13,314 bases of DNA from Hormoscilla sp. (GCA_051439505.1 JBFRWI010000182.1:1-13314), one strand, 5' to 3'. Counted from the first letter of the stretch, positions 1 to 7,747 are shown. The notes: generated by a model not told the origin, from the letters alone. Numbers and translations are program-made.

Positions 1-214
1 GCGCAATGTCTTTGAAAATTCCCTGAAGTTTTTGGACTTGTTGGCATAAGCTAACTAGACGTAAGCTACCATCTGCTTCTACAGTCAGGATCAGTCGATC
101 GCCTGGTTGGAGGTTGAGCTGCTGCTGTACTGGTACTGGTAGCAGCAAGTTACCTTCCTCTCCCACCTGGAGGGTATATTCTTGATTTGGTTCAGACAGA
201 TATGTTTGAGTCAT
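1..214 (-). CDS. AbrB/MazE/SpoVT-family DNA-binding protein (probable type II antitoxin), 5' part; runs off the left edge of the window
   Basis: Manual translation from ATG at 214-212 gives 71 open codons: MTQTYLSEPNQEYTLQVGEEGNLLLPVPVQQQLNLQPGDRLILTVEADGSLRLVSLCQQVQKLQGIFKDIA. The pattern V-x-x-x-G-x-L-x-L-P-x-x-V-x-x-x-L-x-L-x-P-G-D-x-L fits the AbrB swapped-hairpin fold. Not in the ORF track because the stop is outside the window. Confidence 0.85.
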   Translation of the reverse strand, partial: MTQTYLSEPNQEYTLQVGEEGNLLLPVPVQQQLNLQPGDRLILTVEADGSLRLVSLCQQVQKLQGIFKDIA

Positions 215-380
215 AGTTTAATTTGCCCCCTCTCTCTCATCAAGCAACCGGGTTTCTTCTGTGACGATTGAACTTTCTGTTTTTTCCGACACCTGTTACA
301 ATTCTATACTACGATCGCCTTTCTCAGCCAGATGCTGCCATCGCGGTCCCTGGTGCCTGGGGCGATCGCATGGGGTAGCA

Positions 381-466
381 GGCGATCGCCTATGTAGCCA
401 GAAACCGGGTTTCTTTTACCAAATCTCGCCTTTCAGCCCAAGATTTTCCCAGAAACCCGGTTTCTT
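381..466. repeat. 86-bp intergenic palindromic repeat element, copy 1 (HIP1 + AGAAACCGGGTTTCT-N36-AGAAACCCGGTTTCT)
   Basis: 15-bp palindromes at 400-414 and 451-465 are inverted relative to each other and 36 nt apart. HIP1 at 382-389. Direct repeat of 1592-1677, with 2 mismatches in the first 49 nt. Confidence 0.9.
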
Positions 467-497
467 GCCGAGGCCCACTAACCCGATCGCGATCTAA

Positions 498-1469
498 CTA
501 ACTACTTGGGTTACTATTCTCATCATCTGCTACTTGTAGTTCTGGGTCGCTTTGCAACCGAGCCAAAAACTCCTCTTTTTCCAAAGAAGATAACTCTAGC
601 ATCAGGCTGGTCACTTCTGCCATTGACAACTTCAGCAAGGGCTCTATTGTTGCTGCCAATGTTTCATCGATCGCGCCAAATCGAGCAATCAGGAAGTTTT
701 CGATAAACTGACGCTGATTCTCGACTCGACCGCGTTCGAGACCGCGTTCGAGTCCTCGCTCGATACCTCGCTGTAAGGTCGCTTGCTCCCATTCTTCATA
801 AGTTGCGGCTATTTCCATAATCAACTCCTGTTCGTCTTCGCTTTTCGGTTGTTTTCCTTGCAGCGCTGTATACCATTTCTGCACTACATCCAGGATCTTT
901 TTCCCGAATGATTCTTCTGAAGGTAGTCCCTTGACTTCGTCAAAGGCCCGCCGCTGCACCGAACCTTTGCCCAGCATCCTCAACCATAAGGTTTCTGGGT
1001 TTACCGGTAGCTGGTTGATAGCCACGATCGCCACCTTAAATACTTTGGATGAAAAATACACCCCTTCCGGCCAGCCTTTCTTGCTATATAAATCTGAGGT
1101 AATCTCGGCGGATACTGTTGTTCCCAGAATCCATAAAAAAGGAAAATCATCCTGTGTTAAGGTCCGCTTTTCCCGCCGGGCTTCCCGTTCTCTGAGCGCA
1201 AACAAAATGTATTGCCTGCCCATACATTTGTGAATCTCCATGGGAGATAATTGCGCATGTACTGGTTCTAGCAAACATTCGGTGGATGCGATCGCCCCTA
1301 GCAGTCCCAGTTTGGCCCGTTCGGAGGCTGAAGAGTCAGCTGGTACAAACCAGGCATCTATTTGCCGTGCTTCATCTCTTACCTCCAGGGGAGCCTGAAA
1401 GGAGCCTAGCGGCTTCAGGATTGCTTCGAGCAAGTCCTTGGCAAAGCTATCATGGGGAGTTCGGGTCAT
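498..1469 (-). CDS. Rpn-like / PD-(D/E)XK-nuclease-like cyanobacterial protein with (L/I)ERG repeats and a DUF4351-like C-terminus
   Basis: 323 aa. N-terminal HDSFAK, QIDAWF and LLEP motifs resemble the Rpn/YhgA-type catalytic layout. TLWLRMLGKG is typical of this expanded cyanobacterial family. EEWEQATLQRGIERGLERGLERG is followed by an ARFG...L..LS helical tail. Confidence 0.7.
   Translation of the reverse strand: MTRTPHDSFAKDLLEAILKPLGSFQAPLEVRDEARQIDAWFVPADSSASERAKLGLLGAIASTECLLEPVHAQLSPMEIHKCMGRQYILFALREREARREKRTLTQDDFPFLWILGTTVSAEITSDLYSKKGWPEGVYFSSKVFKVAIVAINQLPVNPETLWLRMLGKGSVQRRAFDEVKGLPSEESFGKKILDVVQKWYTALQGKQPKSEDEQELIMEIAATYEEWEQATLQRGIERGLERGLERGRVENQRQFIENFLIARFGAIDETLAATIEPLLKLSMAEVTSLMLELSSLEKEEFLARLQSDPELQVADDENSNPSS
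728..775 (-). repeat. 12-bp tandem repeat (4 units) encoding LQRG-IERG-LERG-LERG
   Basis: On +: gaccgcgttcga gaccgcgttcga gtcctcgctcga tacctcgctgta; the first two units are identical. Confidence 0.85.
816..829 (-). promoter_or_regulatory. Putative internal ribosome-binding site and in-frame start (AGGAG-N6-ATG, Met218) within the Rpn-like gene
   Basis: Minus strand reads GAA CAG GAG TTG ATT ATG GAA. AGGAG is at 829-825 and ATG at 818-816, in frame with the 1469 start (651 nt apart). Confidence 0.55.
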
Positions 1470-1492
1470 GGCAAGATACTGGTTTTACGTAG

Positions 1493-1503
1493 ATTATATT
1501 ATA
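1493..1503 (-). promoter_or_regulatory. Candidate -10 box(es) for the Rpn-like gene
   Basis: Two overlapping TATAAT hexamers (TATAATATAAT on the minus strand) about 24-34 nt upstream of ATG 1469; no -35 identified. Confidence 0.4.
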
Positions 1504-1591
1504 TCCTATGGAACGATCGGGTGGGTGCGACGCAACTGTTGTAGGCAGCAGCGCAACGATCGCTCCGGTGTGCAGAAGCATTTTCCCAAAG

Positions 1592-1677
1592 GGCGATCGC
1601 ATATGTGGCCAGAAACCGGGTTTCTTTTACCAAATCTCGCTTCCTTTACCCAAGATGTTGTAGAAACCCGGTTTCTT
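1592..1677. repeat. 86-bp intergenic palindromic repeat element, copy 2
   Basis: HIP1 at 1593-1600, AGAAACCGGGTTTCT at 1611-1625, 36-nt spacer, AGAAACCCGGTTTCT at 1662-1676. Same length and orientation as 381-466. Confidence 0.9.
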
Positions 1678-1715
1678 AGTCTTGGCGATCGCCGTCAGTC
1701 CGGATGCATTTTGGG

Positions 1716-4700
1716 CTAATTGTTACCGAGGCGACCAAAGCTGACATTATCAATTACGTACCAATCCTCGGGATCGGGCAGCACAACAGCTTTAGCAATA
1801 TCGTTGTTCGCCCGTTTTATGCCAACAAATCCCGCCCAATGCTTGCCTGGTTCGTCTGACGGGGCTAATGGCGATGGCGTCACCTCGCCGAGTAAAACCC
1901 CATTGCGATCGAACACCTGGAATATATTGCTTGGACTTTTCGCATGATACCAACCCAATCCCACTTCTGAAACTGGTGAGTCAAAGGTTATGGTGATGGG
2001 CTTATGACCCAGATCCCCTGCTAAAAGACCTTTTCCGCCCACAAGTTCTGGGAAATCCTCATCCGCGCGCCCTTCACTCACACTATGGCGATCTGAAGAA
2101 GAAAATGATACACCAGGAGCAGATCTTACATTATCGAAATCTATCACGGTATTGGTGTTACTCAAGTCGCTATATTCTGCAAGCAGTTCTGACACTGCCT
2201 TACCTTGGGAAAACTCCGAAGTATTACCATCGGAGTCTGTCGCTGTAGCGGTAATGAACTGACCTACTGGCACTGAAGTCGAGAAGTTTGCCGTGAAGCT
2301 AGCGTTGCCATTACTATCGGTAGTCACCTCCTGGGAACCGAGGAAGGTTTCGCCTTCACCGTATCCCGACTCATCCAATGTGCTGTTCGCAAAGAATTCC
2401 AGGGTAAAGGTGGTATTGCCGGTGCTGTTGAGGGTGCCTTGGATAGTTGTCGTAGCAGTATCAGAGGTTGCTGATGTCAGTTCGGGGAAGTTTTGCAGGT
2501 TGTTTGCACCGGTGTCGCTGTCACCTGCATCATTGGCTGTTACGCCATCATAGTTCAACTCAATTCCTAGACCTCTGCTATTACCTAGACCTGTATTAGA
2601 GAATATGGCATTGCCTTGAATTCGGTTGCCTGTACCCCGAAAAATTTCTACTCCATCATATCCGTTGAAGGCAATGATATTCCCTTCAACAGTATTAGAC
2701 CCACCGATCCGGTTGTTATCGCCACTAATAGCTACTCCAGCTATACCATTAGCAATAGCGCCTGTACCATCTAGATTCGTGCCTATGTTATTACCCGCTA
2801 CTATATTGGAGTTGCCACCAATAATATAAACTCCATTCCAACTATTACCTGAAATCAAGTTCGTTTCGTCAGCATCTGCGGTCCCGTCCCCATTAGTGCC
2901 GATGATGTTGTTGTTCCCCGATACTTGCACGCCACTTAATGAATTAGAGAGCGCTGCATTGCCCTCTAGGTTTGTTCCGATGCGGTTTCCCGCTACGACA
3001 TTGAAATCACCGTTAATTTGAACCCCATTCTCGCCATTGCCAGAAATCAAGTTCCCTTCGATAGCATCGGCGGTCCCGTCGCTATTAGTACCTATGATGT
3101 TGTGGTCACCCGACACTTGCACGCCAGATGAATTACCGATTGCTGCATTCCCCTCTAGGTTTGTACCAATGAGGTTTCCTGCTACGGCGTTAAATTTACC
3201 AGAAATGAAAACTCCCATCATGCCACTGCCAGAAATCAAGTTCGCTTCGGCGGCATCTGCTATACCATCTCCATTAGTGCCAATGATATTATTGTCACCG
3301 CTAACAAACACGCCATCACGATTGCTAATCCCAGCAGACCCATCTTGGTTAGTTCCAATGCGATTACCCGCTACAATATTAGAGTCACTATTGATTACAA
3401 TTCCAAACCTATAACTACCAGAAATAAGATTAGCTTCAGCGGTGTCTGCTATCCCATCTCCATTAGTACCGATAATGTTGTTTCCAGCATCCTCACTAAT
3501 TAATACACCAGACCGAGCATTTCTAGCATCGCTTGTGCCATCATTAGTCCCGATAAAATTGCCATAGATCCAGTTATCGGTTGCACCATCACCAGTAATC
3601 CGAATACCGTAACCCCATTTATTGATTACCAGTCCCCGCACCTCAACATTCGACCCAGTAATCTTTAAGCCATCTCTGAAATTACCTCTCAAATCTATAC
3701 CTGCATTGCTGCCATCCAACACTATCAGCGGCGTCGCTGGAGGCGTACCGCCATTCTGACTCCACCCATCAATCACTACTGCTTCTGTGATATCCGGTAA
3801 TGCTGATGCCGGTGCTATAGTATGGGGTCCGTCACCGGGAATGTCAAACAGGATCGTATCCCGTCCGGGATTATCGTTCGCCCAGGCGATCGCACTCCGC
3901 AGACTTCCCGCACCACTGTCATTAGTATTGGTAACCACATAGGGCAACGGTCCTTCTGTCGGGGCCACTTCAACCGTTAGCCGCACGTAATCAACCATGG
4001 AGTCGTCTTCGATCGTCACATCCAAAAATCCGAGATTGTTCATCATCGGCAATAAATTTCGCGATCGCGTGGGGGCGTCGGTGTTGACATCAAAGGCACT
4101 TAACGCACTCATGTCGAAGTTAAACTCGATCGCCTCACCAGTAGTCCAACCATCATCTAACCAGGTTGTCGCCACACCCCCTTTGCCGATGTAACTTCCC
4201 CAAGCAGGCAAGTTTTCTGGATCGCTAAAGTTGCCGAACTCTATGGTGTCATTAGCACCAGCAATGCGTTTAATCTTCGTTTCAAAAGTGGCCGAAATAA
4301 TCTCCCCTGCGGCCAATGCCTCACTCAGGTCAAACCTGTGGGTAAAAGACTGGTTGAGGCCATTTCCATCAAAGGGACGGGGTTCTCCCGGTTCCGTTGT
4401 CAAAGGATTTTCCCCTTCTTGGCCATCTGTTTGGTCGAAATTGTCCGGACGCCCGACCTCCATGACCAATGGTCCCACATCATTATCTGCAATACTCACC
4501 GAGGCGCTACTTTCATCTCCCAGCTTGTAACCGGTGCCTGCTTCCAGGTTGACTACCAGAGTTTCCTCTTCTTCCACCTCATCATCATCTATAGGATCGA
4601 GAGAAACTGTCACCTCTGAAGATCCTGCGGGGATGACGATCGCGCCAATAGTGGCGTAGTCACTGCCCTCGGTTGCATCCCCAGCAGTGGAAAAACTCAC

Positions 4701-7700
4701 TGACAAGGACTCCGTTGTATCCCCCGATCGCGCGACGGTGAACTCCCCAGCATCCCCATCTTCCGAAGCATCGGCGTCAGTGGCGCTGATGGTGACTTCC
4801 GGTAAGGATGTAATAGTGGTAGTAGCTATTGCAGTATTGTTATCTTCGTCTGTTTCAGGGATCTGATTATTTGGATCGACCACCACAGAGTTAGTGATGC
4901 TGCCCACTGCATCTGGCGAGACGTTCCCGGAGATGGTTAAAATAGCGAATTCACCACTAATCAGGCTACCGTCAGTAAAACTAACTATACCTGGAGTTGA
5001 AGTATCGGCAACAAAATTACCTCCAGAATTAACATTCAGTAAAGAGAACTCAACCGGGAGGGTATTGGAAATCTCAATGTCATTCGCAGCAGCAGATCCC
5101 GAGTTGACAACGAACAGACTATAAGTGAGAGCGCCCCTTGGTGCTACTGTAGTGGGATTGCTAATATTCGTAATCTGCAGATCCGCAAGACTATCCTGTC
5201 GATCGTTATCTGCAATACTCACCGAGGCGCTACTCTCATCTCCCAGCTTGTAACCGGTGCCTGCCTCCAGGTTGACTACCAGAGTTTCTTCCTCTTCCAC
5301 CTCATTATCATCAATGGGTGCGATCGGCACTGTCTCTTCCGAAGATCCTGCCGGGATAATGACGATATTGCCAATAGTAGAGTAGTCACTACCAGCAGTA
5401 GCAGTGCCCGATGCCGAGTAATTTACAGTCAGAGGATGGGTTGTATTGCCAGTGCGAGTAAAGGTCAACTGACCTGAGTCACCATCTTCAGAAGCATCGG
5501 GGTCTGTCGCTTCCAGGGAGACCGTGGGTTGAGTCCCGTAAATATTCAGTTTCCAGGAATGCCAAGTATTATTTTTCCTAGGATTCCTTCCATCTTTATC
5601 TGAAACTAGCAATGTCCACTCACCAACTGGACTTTCCCCCCAGTGACGCGCGGAAGTAAAAGTCCAGTCGTAGAAGTCATCATCTAGTGTATTTATACCG
5701 TTACCATGCTTTTCCGCAAGCACTGACCTCGTACCATTGGGAGAAATCAGAACTATTTCCAACTGACTGAGATAGTGATGTTTAGCGTTAAACTCCACCT
5801 CAACCCATTCAATTGTCATGTCATCTTCGCGATTAATTGTAATCGTTGAAGTTAGGGGGTCGTCTGGGTTGTGATTAGGGATCTCGATTGGAAAACCTGT
5901 ATCTAGGGGGCGCCTAGATACTGAAATCTCTTCACCCACTGATGTCCAGTTCCGCGCCAGTTCCACCGCCGCTTCTGCATCAATTGCCCCAAAGCCATAC
6001 TTGTGGTTAACATGGTAACCCGCACCGTTTTCACTCCACTCATCATCATCATCGGGATCATTTTTCTGGGCTGTTTCCACCAGGATATGCTGGACATCCC
6101 GCGAAGTCAATTGAGGATTGACCTCCAACATTAAAGCAATAACCCCTGAAACTATAGGTGCCGATGCTGATGTGCCCCCAAATTCGTGGATGTAATCATT
6201 GGAGTCATTGTCGTCATGTCTGTACGGACCCGTTGTGCTAATGGCCCGATCGCCTTCTATTCCACTACTAGAATAAGCTGATACTAGCAGTGGCGCACCT
6301 GGTTCGCTATAAACTGCCTGCTTGCCATCTTCGCCGATCGCAGCTACGGCGATCGTATGGCGAGAATTAGCCAAATCATTATAATTTACATTACTGTGAG
6401 GGTTTCCCAACTCATCTTGTGCAGCATTCCCCCCGGAAAACACGTATATATTCCCCAGTCCACCTCTACCCTCCTTAACTGCGTTTTCCAGGGCCTCTTC
6501 TGCCTTTGGAAAACGCCTTAAAAATGGGGTTCCCCAACTATTATTATAGATATCAATTTCATCGTTCTCGTGAGACAAAGCCCAGGCAATCTCGTCGTCA
6601 TCAGTGCCATCTGCCCCCATCCGCAAGCCAGCCCATTCTGCTTCTGGGGCCACCCCACGTATATTTATACCATCTTTTTCTGAAGCTGCTGCTACCCCTG
6701 CCACTGCTGTTCCGTGGAGAGTAATCGTTTCAAATTCTAGAGAAAAACTATCTAGAGTGCCTGTTTTTTCGCCTCTCTTATTTTCATCCGTAGTATTATC
6801 CTTAATTACCAGCTTCCAACTGCCATTAGCGCTCTTTCCTTTATATTTTTCTGTTATATCTACAGAATAATCATTCTTTATCTCACTAAGCTCCAACTCA
6901 TTATCATTTGGACCTTTTAACGTTACCGATAAATCACTTATATTTTCATGTGTGATGTTCCAATTAATTTTTAGCTCATTTATCAACCCACTCGGACCAT
7001 TTATTTCATGCAACTTCCCCTGTCCGCCCTTGATTCTCTTTTTCCATTCCATTGGTTCATCCCAATGTAGAAGACTATTAAGAATCCGCGATGGATACTT
7101 ATCGCCCTTATCGCCCTCATCGCCCTCATCGCCCTCATCAAAATCGTAACTTAAATCCGCCCGATAATTCGTCTCCAAATGGGGGTGCGCTAACAGATCT
7201 TTCTCAGGATCCTCAATTTCAAAGCCATTATCGATAATCCCAATTACCACATTCCGACCCAGCACATCCTGGTCCCAAACCTTGGTGATATTAGCATCCG
7301 CTTCCGGTCTCACATCACTGCGCAAGTGCCAGCCAGGTGTTCCATCTGCTGAAGCGTTATTACCATCCGTGGTGAAATCAACAGCCTCTTGGTTCACGAC
7401 AAAAGTGGCCCCCACGATCGGGTCTGCCGGTGGCGATGGCGGTTGTCCCGGTAAGGGGGGACCGATCTGGGGTGGTGGTGCGATCGCATATTGGAGCTGG
7501 CCAGCGAACATGCGATCGCCGGTTTCACTATCGTTATTTTCCGGTACTGGATCTAGTAAGAAAGTAGTGCCATCGAAGCTTGCTGGCACTCCTCTACCGG
7601 TACCATCCGGCAGGTGAGGGCCAATATCAAAAGGGTTCACCTCTAGGGAGAGTTCCGAGCTGAAGGGGGTTAGGGGCTGTAATGGGTTGGCACTTTCCAT
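1716..7700 (-). CDS. Large multidomain S8 (kexin/furin-like) serine peptidase with P-proprotein, Calx-beta, DUF11-like and right-handed beta-helix modules
   Basis: 1994 aa. Catalytic Asp157 (VVIGIIDNG), His329 (HGTAVAGVAAA), oxyanion Asn425 (FSGGN) and Ser511 (FGGTSASAP). Kexin-type motifs IDIYNNSWG, GRGGLGNIYVF, LTSRDVQHILV and NHKYGFGAIDA. Approximate module positions: P domain 5540-5900 (LISPNGTRSVL, HWGESPVGEWTL); Calx-beta-like 5200-5530 and 4480-4805; DUF11-like 4810-5185; VVTNTNDSGAGSLRSAI near 3884-3937; N.I.GN.IGT beta-helix repeats 2560-3700. Confidence 0.93.
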   Translation of the reverse strand: MESANPLQPLTPFSSELSLEVNPFDIGPHLPDGTGRGVPASFDGTTFLLDPVPENNDSETGDRMFAGQLQYAIAPPPQIGPPLPGQPPSPPADPIVGATFVVNQEAVDFTTDGNNASADGTPGWHLRSDVRPEADANITKVWDQDVLGRNVVIGIIDNGFEIEDPEKDLLAHPHLETNYRADLSYDFDEGDEGDEGDKGDKYPSRILNSLLHWDEPMEWKKRIKGGQGKLHEINGPSGLINELKINWNITHENISDLSVTLKGPNDNELELSEIKNDYSVDITEKYKGKSANGSWKLVIKDNTTDENKRGEKTGTLDSFSLEFETITLHGTAVAGVAAASEKDGINIRGVAPEAEWAGLRMGADGTDDDEIAWALSHENDEIDIYNNSWGTPFLRRFPKAEEALENAVKEGRGGLGNIYVFSGGNAAQDELGNPHSNVNYNDLANSRHTIAVAAIGEDGKQAVYSEPGAPLLVSAYSSSGIEGDRAISTTGPYRHDDNDSNDYIHEFGGTSASAPIVSGVIALMLEVNPQLTSRDVQHILVETAQKNDPDDDDEWSENGAGYHVNHKYGFGAIDAEAAVELARNWTSVGEEISVSRRPLDTGFPIEIPNHNPDDPLTSTITINREDDMTIEWVEVEFNAKHHYLSQLEIVLISPNGTRSVLAEKHGNGINTLDDDFYDWTFTSARHWGESPVGEWTLLVSDKDGRNPRKNNTWHSWKLNIYGTQPTVSLEATDPDASEDGDSGQLTFTRTGNTTHPLTVNYSASGTATAGSDYSTIGNIVIIPAGSSEETVPIAPIDDNEVEEEETLVVNLEAGTGYKLGDESSASVSIADNDRQDSLADLQITNISNPTTVAPRGALTYSLFVVNSGSAAANDIEISNTLPVEFSLLNVNSGGNFVADTSTPGIVSFTDGSLISGEFAILTISGNVSPDAVGSITNSVVVDPNNQIPETDEDNNTAIATTTITSLPEVTISATDADASEDGDAGEFTVARSGDTTESLSVSFSTAGDATEGSDYATIGAIVIPAGSSEVTVSLDPIDDDEVEEEETLVVNLEAGTGYKLGDESSASVSIADNDVGPLVMEVGRPDNFDQTDGQEGENPLTTEPGEPRPFDGNGLNQSFTHRFDLSEALAAGEIISATFETKIKRIAGANDTIEFGNFSDPENLPAWGSYIGKGGVATTWLDDGWTTGEAIEFNFDMSALSAFDVNTDAPTRSRNLLPMMNNLGFLDVTIEDDSMVDYVRLTVEVAPTEGPLPYVVTNTNDSGAGSLRSAIAWANDNPGRDTILFDIPGDGPHTIAPASALPDITEAVVIDGWSQNGGTPPATPLIVLDGSNAGIDLRGNFRDGLKITGSNVEVRGLVINKWGYGIRITGDGATDNWIYGNFIGTNDGTSDARNARSGVLISEDAGNNIIGTNGDGIADTAEANLISGSYRFGIVINSDSNIVAGNRIGTNQDGSAGISNRDGVFVSGDNNIIGTNGDGIADAAEANLISGSGMMGVFISGKFNAVAGNLIGTNLEGNAAIGNSSGVQVSGDHNIIGTNSDGTADAIEGNLISGNGENGVQINGDFNVVAGNRIGTNLEGNAALSNSLSGVQVSGNNNIIGTNGDGTADADETNLISGNSWNGVYIIGGNSNIVAGNNIGTNLDGTGAIANGIAGVAISGDNNRIGGSNTVEGNIIAFNGYDGVEIFRGTGNRIQGNAIFSNTGLGNSRGLGIELNYDGVTANDAGDSDTGANNLQNFPELTSATSDTATTTIQGTLNSTGNTTFTLEFFANSTLDESGYGEGETFLGSQEVTTDSNGNASFTANFSTSVPVGQFITATATDSDGNTSEFSQGKAVSELLAEYSDLSNTNTVIDFDNVRSAPGVSFSSSDRHSVSEGRADEDFPELVGGKGLLAGDLGHKPITITFDSPVSEVGLGWYHAKSPSNIFQVFDRNGVLLGEVTPSPLAPSDEPGKHWAGFVGIKRANNDIAKAVVLPDPEDWYVIDNVSFGRLGNN
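2851..3600 (-). repeat. Intragenic 63-64 aa repeats (GN.IGTN..G....N..GV.vSG..NIIGTNgDG.ADA.E.NLISG) forming a probable beta-helix
   Basis: NLISG-encoding anchors (gaaatcaag/gaaataaga on +) at 2851, 3043, 3232 and 3421; spacings 192, 189 and 189 nt. Confidence 0.85.
4483..4589 (-). repeat. 107-bp near-identical intragenic duplication, copy in the second Calx-beta module
   Basis: Matches 5206-5312 with 5 mismatches by eye; both encode EVEEEETLVVNLEAGTGYKLGDESSASVSIADN. Confidence 0.9.
5206..5312 (-). repeat. 107-bp near-identical intragenic duplication, copy in the first Calx-beta module
   Basis: Matches 4483-4589 with 5 mismatches by eye. Confidence 0.9.
7101..7139 (-). repeat. 9-bp tandem repeat (atcgccctc)x~4.3 encoding DEGDEGDEGDKGD
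   Basis: On +: atcgccctt atcgccctc atcgccctc atcgccctc atc. Confidence 0.9.
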
Positions 7701-7747
7701 CTTAGTCTGGGGCCCAGGCCGCCTGAGGCATTACTTCATCTGCTATT

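Noticed and set aside
400..465. Repeat-36 nt-repeat looked like a mini CRISPR array (also 1611-1676)
   Set aside because: Repeats are only 15 bp with two per locus, the spacers are homologous between loci, and there are no cas genes in the window.
261..497. 78-aa + strand ORF (and the similar 1438..1719 ORF)
   Set aside because: They are read-throughs of the 86-bp palindromic repeats (QKPGF twice; ETGFL/ETRFL) and HIP1 sites, with no protein-like features.
498..1469. Annotation as flagellar assembly protein FliH
   Set aside because: The similarity would rest only on the ExG/ERG repeats; cyanobacteria lack flagella and the N-terminus is nuclease-like.
4483..5312. Diversity-generating retroelement TR/VR pair (also considered for proX versus its remnant)
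   Set aside because: The differences are A/G on the coding strand but run in both directions and are mostly synonymous. Both copies are coding and there is no reverse transcriptase in the window. The proX remnant differs at all base types and has indels.
6730..7080. Intein in the protease catalytic domain
   Set aside because: No His-Asn/Cys-Ser-Thr splice junction or LAGLIDADG motif; the insert resembles a P domain.
1720..7617. Numerous + strand ORFs opposite the protease, and those opposite proX, mscS and the thioredoxin-like gene
   Set aside because: Antisense shadows of well-supported genes, with Ser/Pro/Leu-rich translations and no motifs.
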